A DNA stretch of 64,000 nucleotides from Thermoanaerobaculia bacterium (GTDB lineage Bacteria > Acidobacteriota > Thermoanaerobaculia > Multivoradales > Multivoraceae), in assembly GCA_963664405.1 (NCBI GenBank), contig OY761158.1, positions 690,925 to 754,924 on the forward strand, read 5' to 3'. The notes beneath the pieces are model-generated. The model was not told where the DNA came from. It saw only the letters and a program-made list of their open reading frames with translations, and ran no database searches. The translations under genes and the position numbers were made by a program. The number at the start of each line of letters is the position of its first letter. The first letter of the stretch is position 1. Positions 10,126 through 19,438 of this stretch are shown piece by piece.

Positions 10126-10958
10126 ACCAGGAGCCGAGCGTAGCGATCGAGGCGCGGCAGCACCTGGTCGGCCTGCTCAGGAGGAAGCCACAGAATCGCT
10201 CGATCGACGCCCGCCGCGGCGAACCCGTCGAGAGCCTCTCGCTGGGCTGGAGCGGCGAAGAGAGAGACCGAGATCGTACTGCGATCGCGGCCGGCCTCCG
10301 CTGCCAGCTCGTCGAGCTTTCGCAGCCCGGAGAGCACCAGCTCCGCGTTGCGGCCGCGGGGAAACCAACCGTCGCAGAAATCGACAACTCGGCGCAGCGT
10401 GTGAATCGACTCGCCGCCCAGGAGGATCGGCGGGTGGGGGTCCTGGACCGGCTTGGGCCACGACCAGACCGGGTCGAAGTCGACGAACTCGCCGTGGAAC
10501 TCCGCCGCGTCCTGAGTCCAGACCTCTTTGAAGGCCCGTGCCTGCTCCTCCAGCTTGCGAAAGCGGCCCTCGAATGCAGTGCCGTGGTTTTCCATCTCCT
10601 CGCGGAGCCAGCCCGCGCCGAGGCCCAACTCGAAACGACCCCCGGAGAGGAGATCGAGGCTCGCGACTGCTTTGGCCGTGGTCAGGGTGTCGCGCTCGAT
10701 GATCAGGCAAATACCGGTCCCGAGCCGCAGAGTCTTGGTCACCGCCGCGGCGGCCGCCAGCGACACAAAGGGGTCCAGAGTGTGGGAGTACTCCCGTGGT
10801 AGCTCTCCCCCGCCAGGGAAGGGCGTCTTGCGACTTGCGGGGATGTGGGTGTGCTCCGGCACCCAGAGAGATTCGAATCCCCGATCCTCGACCTCGACCG
10901 CTAACTGGTCGAGGGGGATTGCGTCGTCGGTCGCGAACATAAAGACGCCTAGCTTCAT
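10122..10958 (-). CDS. LLM-class F420-dependent oxidoreductase (luciferase-like monooxygenase family)
   Basis: FATDDAIPLDQLAVEVEDRGFESLWVPEHTHIP..PFVSLAAAAAVTKTLRLGTGICLIIERD is the TIM-barrel LLM signature of the Rv2161c-like F420 subgroup. Confidence 0.7.
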   Translation of the reverse strand: MKLGVFMFATDDAIPLDQLAVEVEDRGFESLWVPEHTHIPASRKTPFPGGGELPREYSHTLDPFVSLAAAAAVTKTLRLGTGICLIIERDTLTTAKAVASLDLLSGGRFELGLGAGWLREEMENHGTAFEGRFRKLEEQARAFKEVWTQDAAEFHGEFVDFDPVWSWPKPVQDPHPPILLGGESIHTLRRVVDFCDGWFPRGRNAELVLSGLRKLDELAAEAGRDRSTISVSLFAAPAQREALDGFAAAGVDRAILWLPPEQADQVLPRLDRYARLLV

Positions 10959-11788
10959 AACAGCTCCGCATATTTGTCGAGAAGAGGAAGAACGGCGTCG
11001 CGATCTTCCGACGGTAGCCCTAGAATCGCGCGGTCCGCGCCGGCCTCGGTATAGGCCTCGATGACCTCCTTTTGCGGCCGGGTACCGAAGACACTGACGT
11101 TGATGGTGTCTCGAGACCGCCCCGCCTCTTCAGCCCGTCGGTCGAGATCGGCCAGCCCCTCGACGATCGCCTTCTGCGAGAAGCCGATCGGCAGCCAGCC
11201 CTCGCAGAAATCCACGACTCGCTGACGCGTGTATTCGGTATAGCCGCCAAGATAGACCGGCGGGTGGGGCTTGGTGACCGGCTTGGGCCAGCTCCAGATC
11301 GGATCGAAGTCGACGTACTTCCCGTGGTACTCGGGCTCGTCCTCGGTCCAGATCTCTTTCATCGCCATCACCTGCTCCTCCAAGCGCTTGAAGCGCGTCG
11401 AGTAGTCGGTGCCATGGTTCTCCATCTCCTCGCGATTCCAACCTCCGCCGATACCGAAAAGCAGGCGTCCGCCGGAGAGTGCATCGAGACTCGCGACTTC
11501 CTTGGCGGTGGTGATGGTGTCGCGCTCGATGATCAGGCAGATGCCGGTACCCACCTTCAGCTTCTCGGTCGCAGCGGCCGCCGCCATGAGGGAAACGAAG
11601 GGATCGTAGGCATGCCAATACTGCTTGGGCAGATCTCCACCGGCTGGGAAAGGCGTGGCGCGGCTGGTGGGAATGTGAGTGTGTTCTGGGACCCAGAGAG
11701 ACTCGAAACCTCGCGCCTCCGCCTCGCGAGCGAGCTCGTCGATACGAATCGCGTAGTCGGTGGCGAAGATACTGAGACCGATATCCAT
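10955..11788 (-). CDS. LLM-class F420-dependent oxidoreductase, tandem paralog of 10122..10958
   Basis: About 60% identical to the downstream LLM (MDIGLSIFATDYAIRIDELAREAEARGFESLWVPEHTHIP...). Start taken at MDIGLS (internal Met of ORF 10955..11830). 4-bp overlap with the next gene. Confidence 0.7.
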   Translation of the reverse strand: MDIGLSIFATDYAIRIDELAREAEARGFESLWVPEHTHIPTSRATPFPAGGDLPKQYWHAYDPFVSLMAAAAATEKLKVGTGICLIIERDTITTAKEVASLDALSGGRLLFGIGGGWNREEMENHGTDYSTRFKRLEEQVMAMKEIWTEDEPEYHGKYVDFDPIWSWPKPVTKPHPPVYLGGYTEYTRQRVVDFCEGWLPIGFSQKAIVEGLADLDRRAEEAGRSRDTINVSVFGTRPQKEVIEAYTEAGADRAILGLPSEDRDAVLPLLDKYAELL

Positions 11789-11925
11789 ATGCGACCTCCA
11801 AGTCGTTGTCGGGAAAGACGTAGCGTACAACGCCGAAGCCGGTGCACCATGGTAGCTTCTGCCTTCTTTTCACCGGCAGAGATGGACTTTGCTGCAATGC
11901 CGATTCGTGTCGAGCCGCGACCCGC

Positions 11926-12669
11926 CTAGACGATCAAGCCGGTTGGCGCCAGATGGCCGGGCGGCGGATAGCACTCGGGCTCGACCAAGGCCCCCGCCAG
12001 CTCGGCAAGAAAGTCGCTTCTAGCTACTCCCTTCGCTCCGAAACGAGCAAGGTGGGGTGTCTCTTGCTGACAGTCGATGAGTCGGGCCCCTCGCCGCGCC
12101 AGCTCGGTCACCAGAGTGGCGAAAGCGACCTTTGAAGCATCTCGGACCCGGTAGAACATCGACTCACCAAAAAAGACTCCTCCAATGGCAATGCCGTAGA
12201 GCCCTCCGACCAGTCGATCACCCTCCCAGCTCTCCACCGAGTGCGCCCAGCCAAGGCTGTGTAGTCGGCAATAGGCACCCACCATCGCATCGGTGATCCA
12301 GGTTCCTCCGTCGCGACCGTCGCGACCGTCCGCCGGCCCCCGCGGCGTGGCGGCGCAGGCACGGACGACCTCTTCGAAGGCGAGATCGAAGCTCACCGAG
12401 AGTCGACCCCCGCGGAGGACCTTGCGAAGGGAGCTCGAGAGCCTGAGATCCTCCGGATAGAGAACGAAGCGGGGATCCGGCGAGAACCAGTAAAGCGGAT
12501 CCTCATCGTCCCCCATTGGCCAAGGGAAAATGCCCGATCGATACGCGAGGAGCACGCGCTCCGGCGCAAGGTCGCCGCCGACCGCGAGGAGACCGCTCGA
12601 GTGCGCCAGCTCGGGGTCTGGAAAGACGGGATCGGCGCCAAGCCAGAAGGGACCGCGAATCGATAGCAC
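11926..12669 (-). CDS. aat: Leucyl/phenylalanyl-tRNA--protein transferase
   Basis: 247 aa; ..YRSGIFPWP....PLYWFSPDPR..GGLYGIAIGGVFFGESMF matches the L/F-transferase family signature. Confidence 0.8.
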   Translation of the reverse strand: MLSIRGPFWLGADPVFPDPELAHSSGLLAVGGDLAPERVLLAYRSGIFPWPMGDDEDPLYWFSPDPRFVLYPEDLRLSSSLRKVLRGGRLSVSFDLAFEEVVRACAATPRGPADGRDGRDGGTWITDAMVGAYCRLHSLGWAHSVESWEGDRLVGGLYGIAIGGVFFGESMFYRVRDASKVAFATLVTELARRGARLIDCQQETPHLARFGAKGVARSDFLAELAGALVEPECYPPPGHLAPTGLIV

Positions 12670-12770
12670 CTCTGCGTCTCATCCTACAGGGGAGACGCGA
12701 TCGGCGTCAGCCACCGGTGGACTCCAGTTTCCCGAAGGCCTCGAGCTCGCCTTCGGGCTATAGTCGGACC

Positions 12771-13424
12771 ATGGATGATCACCCTCGCAGTGGAGCCGAG
12801 CGGGTTCCTCCCGGCCAATATGTGACCGAGAAGTGGCCGGTGCTGACCTACGGCCCGACGCCTTCGGTAGCGCTCGGCGACTACAGCATCCGACTCTTCG
12901 GCGAGGTGGGCGTCGAAACTCGACTCAGCTGGGACGAGCTACAAGCTCTGGCTCGGACGGAAGTAAGAGCAGACTTCCACTGCGTCACCCGCTTCTCTAC
13001 CCTCGACAATCGTTGGAGCGGTTTCTCTACTCGCAGCCTACTCGAGCTCGTCAGCATCAAACCGGAGTCGACGCATGTCATGGTCCACTGCGCCGGCGGC
13101 TACACAACCAACCTGCCTCTCGAAGACTTCGCGGCGACTCGAGCTTTGCTCGTAGACCGCCACAACGACGCGCCGCTGGCGGCCGAGCATGGCGGCCCCC
13201 TCCGCCTTGTCGTCCCCCACCTCTACGCCTGGAAGAGCGCGAAGTGGGTCAACGGTATCGAGCTCCTGATGGAAGATCAGCGAGGCTTCTGGGAAGAGAA
13301 CGGCTACCACACCTACGGTGACCCCTGGAAAGAGGAGCGATTCAGCTCCCAGGAGACCCGCCAGGCGTACGAAGTTCGCCGTAGAGCCAAGGAGCTCGGC
13401 CTGGTGCCTGGCGCAGAGAGCTAG
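12771..13424 (+). CDS. Sulfite oxidase-like molybdopterin-binding oxidoreductase (small YedY/MsrP-related type)
   Basis: Start at MDDHPRSG (internal Met of ORF 12516..). VPPGQYVTEKWPVLTYGPTP...FHCVTRFSTLDNRWSGFSTRSLLELV is the Moco oxidoreductase domain pattern. Confidence 0.6.
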   Translation: MDDHPRSGAERVPPGQYVTEKWPVLTYGPTPSVALGDYSIRLFGEVGVETRLSWDELQALARTEVRADFHCVTRFSTLDNRWSGFSTRSLLELVSIKPESTHVMVHCAGGYTTNLPLEDFAATRALLVDRHNDAPLAAEHGGPLRLVVPHLYAWKSAKWVNGIELLMEDQRGFWEENGYHTYGDPWKEERFSSQETRQAYEVRRRAKELGLVPGAES

Positions 13425-13486
13425 CCCCAGAAAACGCGCCTTCGGCCAGTTTTCCGGCCCATCCCCGCCTGAGAACTACTCGCCTG
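13423..13486. repeat. REP-like ~65-bp hairpin element, copy 1 (between the convergent genes ending at 13424 and 13536)
   Basis: agccccagaaaacgcgccttcggccagttttccggcccatccccgcctgagaactactcgcctg is ~85% identical to the reverse complement of 15681..15744 and contains an internal inverted repeat. Confidence 0.7.
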
Positions 13487-13535
13487 TCCGAATTCTCTGA
13501 CACGCTCCTAGCCGCCAGGTCTCGGGCTTCTTGCG

Positions 13536-14108
13536 TCAGGGTGTGGGTCGGCGCGAGATGACCAGACGGCCGGCGAGTCCGGCCGCGACGCACACCCGGC
13601 ATCGCCACTGCCGAACCGGACGTCCAGCCAGTCGGCGCTGCCGACAAACCGGACAGCGGTGCTCCCACACATAGCGCTTTCTTGCCGCTCGCTGGGCGGC
13701 GCTGCCGAGCTCCTGGTCAGGAATCCGAACTCGGGGATCGAGGTCGGCCCTCTGCATCAGCTGGCGCCACTCGCGGCCGTGCGATCGTACACTGCCGCCG
13801 TGAAGAAATTGGACCGCGGCATGGGCGGCTTCGTGGCAGACCACCTCTCGCAAGAGGTGAGGAGGGGCCTCGAAGAGAACGTCGGCGATCCGAATCAACT
13901 GCTCGCCGGGAAAATAGCTGCCCAGCGAGGTGCGCATGCGACGGCTCACTTCGACGCGGAGGCAATCGCGAAGATCGGGCACTCTCCAGATCTGGCTCCA
14001 TCGCCCCGCCTCGCCCCACCACAACTCTCTCAGAGTGTCGTGGACAGAGCTACGGCGCTCAGCGACATCAAAGAGGGCGAGTTGGGCAGTGGCGGCAGGC
14101 AAGTTCAC
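13536..14108 (-). CDS. SprT-like zinc metallopeptidase domain protein
   Basis: HEAAHAAV (HExxH) followed by a C-terminal zinc-ribbon-like CPVC...CRVC; 190 aa. Confidence 0.6.
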   Translation of the reverse strand: MNLPAATAQLALFDVAERRSSVHDTLRELWWGEAGRWSQIWRVPDLRDCLRVEVSRRMRTSLGSYFPGEQLIRIADVLFEAPPHLLREVVCHEAAHAAVQFLHGGSVRSHGREWRQLMQRADLDPRVRIPDQELGSAAQRAARKRYVWEHRCPVCRQRRLAGRPVRQWRCRVCVAAGLAGRLVISRRPTP

Positions 14109-14126
14109 TCCCGTATCTGAGGCGAG

Positions 14127-15446
14127 CTACGGCGCAGCGGGGTCGAGAATCGCCTCGTAGGCAAGGCGCTTGCTGAGAAACCTCGCGTTGCGCGCCGCAC
14201 CGCCGCCCCTGCTCTGAATCATGCCGACGACGATCGTATCCTGGATGGGATTGATCCCGAACCAAGTGCCTGCGACTCCGAACCACCAATACTCTCCCTT
14301 CGCCAGAGCGTGGTCGCTATTGGGATCGGGGTTGTCGACAATCGCAAAGTCGATCCCGAACACATTGCCCCGAAACATCGGCGCAATCTCGACGATGTCG
14401 GCGGGAAGCTGGTTGGTGTGCATCAGCTTGACGGTCTCCGGCTTCAGGATCCGCACACCATCGAGCTCGCCACCGTTGAGGAGCATCTGAGCGAAGCGCA
14501 TGTAGTCCGTGGCCGTAGAGGTGAGGCCGCCACCACCGGAGAAGAAGGCCGGAGGCTTCAAGTACTGCCCGTTGGGCCGGTAGCTCTCCTTGCCGCCACG
14601 GCCACGGCGGTAGAGGATCGACAGTCGATCGGCCTTGTCTTCGGGCACATAGAAGCCGGTGTCCTTCATGCCGAGCGGAGCGAAGATCCTCTCTTGCAGG
14701 ACCTGGTCGAAGGGTTTCCCGGTCAGCACCTCGACCAGGTAGCCCTGGACGTCGACAGAGACACTGTAGTGCCAGACCGACCCCGGCTGTTGTCGCAGAG
14801 GAATCTTCGCCAGCTTGCCGATCATGTCCTTCAGGGTCGAGTCTCGGTTCATCACATCGGCTGCCTGGTAGAGGCTGTCTACCTGAGACCTGGAGAACAG
14901 GCCGTAGGTCAAACCCCCGGTATGGCTCACGAGCTCCCGAATGGTCATCCTGTGGTTGGCGTCCTCGACCTCCGGATAACCTTCGGGCCCGTCGCTGGCT
15001 GCCACCTTCAGACCTTTGAATTCGGGGATGTAGTCCTCGACAGCATCTTCGAGCTCGAACTTTCCCTCGTCGAAGAGGGTCATCAGCGCAACACCCGCAA
15101 TCGGCTTGGTCATCGAGAAGATCCGAAAGATGGTGTCCTTCTCCATCTCGACACCTTGCTCTCGGTCCTGGTGTCCGAAAGTCTCGAAGTGGACGATCTT
15201 GCCATGGCGAGCCACCATGGTGACGATGCCGGCCAGCTGCCCCTGGTCGACCATTTCCTGCATAGCGGCAGTGAGTTTCTGCAGGCCCGCCTCGTCCATC
15301 CCCACTTCCGCAGGGGCAACCATAGTCAGATCACGCGGGGAGCCCGCTGCGCTGAGAACGGTGGAAGAGAAGAAACCAGCCAGCAAGAGGCAGGACGTCG
15401 CTAGCGTCATTCGAAAAGAAGAGTTCGGCTGCATCGGTCGATCCAT
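14127..15446 (-). CDS. Serine hydrolase, beta-lactamase/transpeptidase-like family (class C beta-lactamase/esterase type), secreted
   Basis: SxxK motif FSMTKP within IFRIFSMTKPIAGVALM. Start placed at MDRPMQ.. because a GGAGGA Shine-Dalgarno lies ~7 nt upstream. The longer annotated ORF (to 15773) runs into the MITE-like element. Confidence 0.7.
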   Translation of the reverse strand: MDRPMQPNSSFRMTLATSCLLLAGFFSSTVLSAAGSPRDLTMVAPAEVGMDEAGLQKLTAAMQEMVDQGQLAGIVTMVARHGKIVHFETFGHQDREQGVEMEKDTIFRIFSMTKPIAGVALMTLFDEGKFELEDAVEDYIPEFKGLKVAASDGPEGYPEVEDANHRMTIRELVSHTGGLTYGLFSRSQVDSLYQAADVMNRDSTLKDMIGKLAKIPLRQQPGSVWHYSVSVDVQGYLVEVLTGKPFDQVLQERIFAPLGMKDTGFYVPEDKADRLSILYRRGRGGKESYRPNGQYLKPPAFFSGGGGLTSTATDYMRFAQMLLNGGELDGVRILKPETVKLMHTNQLPADIVEIAPMFRGNVFGIDFAIVDNPDPNSDHALAKGEYWWFGVAGTWFGINPIQDTIVVGMIQSRGGGAARNARFLSKRLAYEAILDPAAP

Positions 15447-15607
15447 GAGCTCGTCCTCCGTGAGCATACGAACCCTACACCATTGCCGGGCGGGACTAGC
15501 GCCCCGTTCTCGACACCAGTTCTCCGCTGCGGCCGGCCCCGTTCGCCCGATCCTGTAACCTGGAAGGCATGTTTCCCTAAGAGTATTAGAGGAGGTGAAT
15601 ATCGACA

Positions 15608-15864
15608 CTAGACCAGCGTTTCCAAAGTTCGTGCTGCATAGCTCGAGGTCATTCTGTTCGCTGGCTAGGAGCCTGCGAAGCAGGCGAGTAGTTCTCAGGC
15701 GGGGATGGGCCGGAGAACGGGCCGTAGGTCCGTTTTCCGGGGCGAGGCGCGCTGACGCAGGCATATTGGGCAATATGTCGAGGAGCGAGGGGGCGCCTAG
15801 CCAACGACGCCAGCGGGCAGAAGGGCCCGAGATATGTGCGCGAACTTTGGAAACGCTGGTCTAG
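15608..15864. mobile_element. MITE-like palindromic element, copy 1 (long variant carrying a nested REP-like insert)
   Basis: Perfect 24-bp terminal inverted repeat ctagaccagcgtttccaaagttcg / cgaactttggaaacgctggtctag. The internal core agctcgaggtcattctgttcgctg ... gcaggcatattgggcaatatgtcgagg is shared with the copies at 30384, 37844 and 52900. Both ends are CTAG. Confidence 0.7.
15681..15744. repeat. REP-like ~65-bp hairpin element, copy 2, nested inside MITE-like copy 1
   Basis: caggcgagtagttctcaggcggggatgggccggagaacgggccgtaggtccgttttccggggcg is the reverse complement of 13423..13486. The insert is flanked by a direct gcagg repeat and is absent from the other MITE-like copies. Confidence 0.65.
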
Positions 15865-15884
15865 GCCCGACGCCGGCAACAGCG

Positions 15885-17057
15885 TCAGTGCGACGAATGG
15901 AGCCTGAGCCAAGCCAAGGCCGGCTCAAAAACCAGCTCGCGCGAGCGCTCGCCGACGAGCACGTCCAAATGGCCGTGATTCTCCAGCACATGGAGGGTCA
16001 CGTCAGAACTGCCACTCTTGCCGGCCGAATAGATACCGTCGAGAAGCCATTCGCTTCCCATGCCGGTGGCCCCGAAATAGAGGATCGGCAAGCTGAGCTC
16101 TCCCCATCGGTCGTCAATAGGGGTCCCGGGGTCGTCGTCGAATTCGGCGATTGATGCAGACTCGACGTTCTGGATCATCGGATAGTAGCGATCGTAGTCG
16201 GCAAGAAGTCGAGCCAACACTTCGACCCGAGAGACTCCATCCAGAGGATTGGCGAGGCCGCCGGGGCGCCAGGCACTATAGAGAATGGAAGCAACCTGGT
16301 CACCGACGTTGTCGAAGCCGGCACCGCGCTCGCCGACCGGTGGCCCCAGTGGCTCGGAGGCCGCCGCGCGCATGAGCTGATCACGATTCGTCCAGCCCAT
16401 GCCTCCAGCAACGTCTGAAGCGAAGTGTCCAGCCTCGCGGAACCTCGCGACACTCCCTTCTCGATCAAATGCGCCCTCGGGGGCGTGACTCTTGAATCCC
16501 CCGTCGAGCGCGATCAAACCGGCAAGCGAGCCTTCTCCCTCGACGGCGACGAGTCCGTAGGCAAGCCAAACACCGCGGCTGAAACCGGCGACGAAGATAG
16601 AAGATGCCGAGCTCTGCTGTCGAACCAAAGAGAGCGCGGAGCCGGCATCGGCAACGAAGGATTCGAGTGTCCAGACAGCCATGAAGTCGTCAGACTCGAG
16701 GGTCTCGCTCGGCACCGCATGGGTTCGATAGTCGAGGGCCCAGACCTCGATCCCGCGACGGGCCAGGAAAAGCCAGAGATTGTGGTTCTCGTCGAGGACC
16801 GCGAGCTCGCCATTCATGTTGGTACCCGGCAGATAAAGCAGCGCCGCTGTCGCTTCGCCTCCGCCACGATAGCGATGGACCTGGATCTTGTCGTGACCGC
16901 CGCCGGGGGGACGGACGGAGACCCAGACAGTCTCCTCGACTCCTGGGACTCCGGCAATGACACCTTGCTCGACGGAAACAGACCATTCTTCAGCCTCCAC
17001 ACCAGCAGCCATAGCAAGGGTCATACTGAATAGGGCTGAGAGGCTGCGCCCCACCAC
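15885..17057 (-). CDS. Secreted alpha/beta-hydrolase fold protein (lipase/esterase-like)
   Basis: GxSxG nucleophile elbow (AGFSRGV); signal-peptide-like N-terminus; 390 aa. Confidence 0.65.
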   Translation of the reverse strand: MVGRSLSALFSMTLAMAAGVEAEEWSVSVEQGVIAGVPGVEETVWVSVRPPGGGHDKIQVHRYRGGGEATAALLYLPGTNMNGELAVLDENHNLWLFLARRGIEVWALDYRTHAVPSETLESDDFMAVWTLESFVADAGSALSLVRQQSSASSIFVAGFSRGVWLAYGLVAVEGEGSLAGLIALDGGFKSHAPEGAFDREGSVARFREAGHFASDVAGGMGWTNRDQLMRAAASEPLGPPVGERGAGFDNVGDQVASILYSAWRPGGLANPLDGVSRVEVLARLLADYDRYYPMIQNVESASIAEFDDDPGTPIDDRWGELSLPILYFGATGMGSEWLLDGIYSAGKSGSSDVTLHVLENHGHLDVLVGERSRELVFEPALAWLRLHSSH

Positions 17058-19438
17058 TACAAGTACCCCAGGCTTCGAAGCCGTTCGAGCTCTTCGGCAC
17101 TCATGCTAGACGCGAGCTCGCTGTCGCTCTTGAGCTTGGCCGCCTCGGCGAATTCCTGCCAGCGATCGAGCTGCTCGACAAGACCCTGGACCCGATCGGG
17201 ATGCTCCTCAGCTACGTTGACCAGGTTGAGTGGATCACTCCCATGGTCGAAGAGCTCGAGCTCAGGCAGGCCCGGACGAGGATCGACATTGCGCACCAGC
17301 TTCCACCCGTCAAGCACGATGGAGGTGGAAGCAAAGCTCTGCACGCCGCGAACCGCCATCGCCGCCTTCTCGGTGATCGCGGGCTTTCTTCGCCAGCCCG
17401 CCGCCCCGGCGGTGGCCGCATCACCGCCGGCTTCGAACCAGGGTACCAGGCTCTGACCCTGTGCCGCCGCCGGGATCTCGAGGCCTGCGATTTCCAGCAC
17501 AGTAGGCATGAAGTCGATGGTCTCCACCGTCCCAGGGACCCTGACACCAACCGGAACGCCCTGCCCCCAGAAGAACATCGGCACTCGATTGAGCTCGCCA
17601 TAGACGCTCTGGCCGTGAAAATGCCAATCGTGCTCGAGGAACTCCGTACCGTGATCGCTGACGAAGGCAAGCAGTACGCGCTCGCTCAGACCCAGTTCTT
17701 CGAGCTTCTCGACAATGCGCTCGACCTGGGCGTCGGTGAAGCGGATGAGGCCGTCATAGGCGTCGAGCTCGTAGCGCACGTACTCGGCGGGGTCGATCTC
17801 TGCGCTCACCAGGGCCGAGGTCGTTGCCATCCCGAACTGGCGCATCATGGGGTTCTCGATCCCCGGCCGCGCCTCATCCTGCATCTGCACATATTTCTCG
17901 GCATCCCCTTCACCGCCCCACAGAGTGGCATAGGGAGGGGGCGCGACGTATGGGCTGTGGGGATCCTCAACATGGAGAAAGACGAAGAACGGTACGTCGC
18001 GATGATCCTCGAGCCAGGGCAGGAGTCGGTCGACATGAGGACGGGCGGCCTTCTCAGGCACTCCCCCTGTCCCCAAGTCCATGCCGGACTCCGAGAAGAC
18101 CTCGTAACCTTGATGTAGGTTTGTCATCTTGCCGGTAAACGGGATCGCGGACAGCCCGAAGGTGGCGAAGCCTGCGTCACGGAAGACCTCAGCCATGGTC
18201 GTCGCCGACGCCGGCAACAGATCGGGGAGGTCTGCGACGGTGTGTGAGGTCGGATAGAGCGAGGTGAAGATCGACGGTACCGAGACTTTGGTCCAGGTTG
18301 CCTGGGCCAAGGGGTCCTCGACCAAGACGCCTTCGGCCGCCAACCTCGCCAGCAGAGGCGCAGTCTCGCGATCGTAGCCGTAGATCTCCAGATGGTCGCG
18401 ACGGAGGGTGTCGATGAGAACCACGATCACCCCCTGCGGCCGCTCGGCTTGGCTCGGGGCCTTGCTACGGACCGCAGGAGCGCCCCACAATCCCAGAGCT
18501 CCCGCCCTCTCCGACTCTACGCTGAGCGAAAGAGTCACTCGGCTACCACCGTAGTCGCCCAGAGGCACCGGGAAGTCCTCCCAGCTCTGGGGCGAGGCCA
18601 CGGTGTGGCTCACCGATAGGCCCTCCCCGCCTCCTGAGCTGGGCTCGACCCGCACCTCGAAAGTGGCCTCGCCGGGCTCGAGCGTTCCAACCGCCATATC
18701 CAGCACCGGATCCGCGGGGAGCTCGATCTCGAAGCTCAGAGTCTCGGGACTCCGACTGACCAGGCTCTCGCGAAAGATGCCTGAAAGCCCCTGCCACCCT
18801 ACGCCCGAAGGAAGGCTCGAAAGATGCTCGCGCTCGAAGACCACTCGCACCGACTCGACCGCGAATTCGACGCCGGCGGCGCTGGCAGGCCGCAGGAGAA
18901 TGTGCCGCACGCTCTCCGCCGGGAGAGGGCGTACCGGCCGCAGAGAATAGAGACTCGCCTCCTCGCCGGCGATGACGGGGCTCGACATCGACCAGGCGAA
19001 GGGATTGCCCGGCGCCAAGAAGGGTCCGAGCTCTAGATCCTCCCCGCCACTGGTGGCGAAGGCAATCTGTCCGCCGGAGGAGCTCTGGATTCGAACCTCG
19101 ACCGAGTGGATGTGGTCATCCTGCTGGGCCGGCGGAGGACTCCACTCGAGGTGCAGCACCGGCGAGGGAGACGCGCTCTGTCCGCGCAGAGCCCCGTCGG
19201 CGTAGCGGAATTCGCGAACGCCGCCACCGACCTGCCATCGCACCTCCTCTTCCCCTTGGGAATCGGTGAATTTCCACTCGCTGCGCGCGATTACCTCAGT
19301 GCTCGTGGACCCCTGCACCATGGCCGTGCCGAAGAGGTCGACGAGACGTATCGAGGTCGGCTCCGAGCTACTTGGCGGCCGGCTACAGCCAAGGACCAGA
19401 AGGAGAACGGAAGGGATCAGGTGCTTCAACATCTTCAT
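17057..19438 (-). CDS. Lipoprotein with N-terminal domain of unknown function fused to a sulfatase-like (alkaline phosphatase superfamily) hydrolase domain
   Basis: Start at MKMLKHLIPSVLLLVLGCSRP (lipobox LGC). C-terminal half has GVIVVLIDTLRRDHL...WTKVSVPSIFTSLYP, typical of the sulfatase/phosphodiesterase N-domain but lacking a canonical C/S-x-P-x-R formylglycine motif. ATGA overlap with the upstream LLM gene. Confidence 0.6.
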   Translation of the reverse strand: MKMLKHLIPSVLLLVLGCSRPPSSSEPTSIRLVDLFGTAMVQGSTSTEVIARSEWKFTDSQGEEEVRWQVGGGVREFRYADGALRGQSASPSPVLHLEWSPPPAQQDDHIHSVEVRIQSSSGGQIAFATSGGEDLELGPFLAPGNPFAWSMSSPVIAGEEASLYSLRPVRPLPAESVRHILLRPASAAGVEFAVESVRVVFEREHLSSLPSGVGWQGLSGIFRESLVSRSPETLSFEIELPADPVLDMAVGTLEPGEATFEVRVEPSSGGGEGLSVSHTVASPQSWEDFPVPLGDYGGSRVTLSLSVESERAGALGLWGAPAVRSKAPSQAERPQGVIVVLIDTLRRDHLEIYGYDRETAPLLARLAAEGVLVEDPLAQATWTKVSVPSIFTSLYPTSHTVADLPDLLPASATTMAEVFRDAGFATFGLSAIPFTGKMTNLHQGYEVFSESGMDLGTGGVPEKAARPHVDRLLPWLEDHRDVPFFVFLHVEDPHSPYVAPPPYATLWGGEGDAEKYVQMQDEARPGIENPMMRQFGMATTSALVSAEIDPAEYVRYELDAYDGLIRFTDAQVERIVEKLEELGLSERVLLAFVSDHGTEFLEHDWHFHGQSVYGELNRVPMFFWGQGVPVGVRVPGTVETIDFMPTVLEIAGLEIPAAAQGQSLVPWFEAGGDAATAGAAGWRRKPAITEKAAMAVRGVQSFASTSIVLDGWKLVRNVDPRPGLPELELFDHGSDPLNLVNVAEEHPDRVQGLVEQLDRWQEFAEAAKLKSDSELASSMSAEELERLRSLGYL

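Noticed and set aside
14310-15404. Large antisense ORFs such as 14310..15404 (+), 19618..20721 (+), 11072..11929 (+), 34425..35651 (-), 17201..18118 (+)
   Set aside because: Each lies opposite a gene with strong family motifs and has the low-complexity Arg/Gly/Pro bias of non-coding frames in GC-rich DNA.
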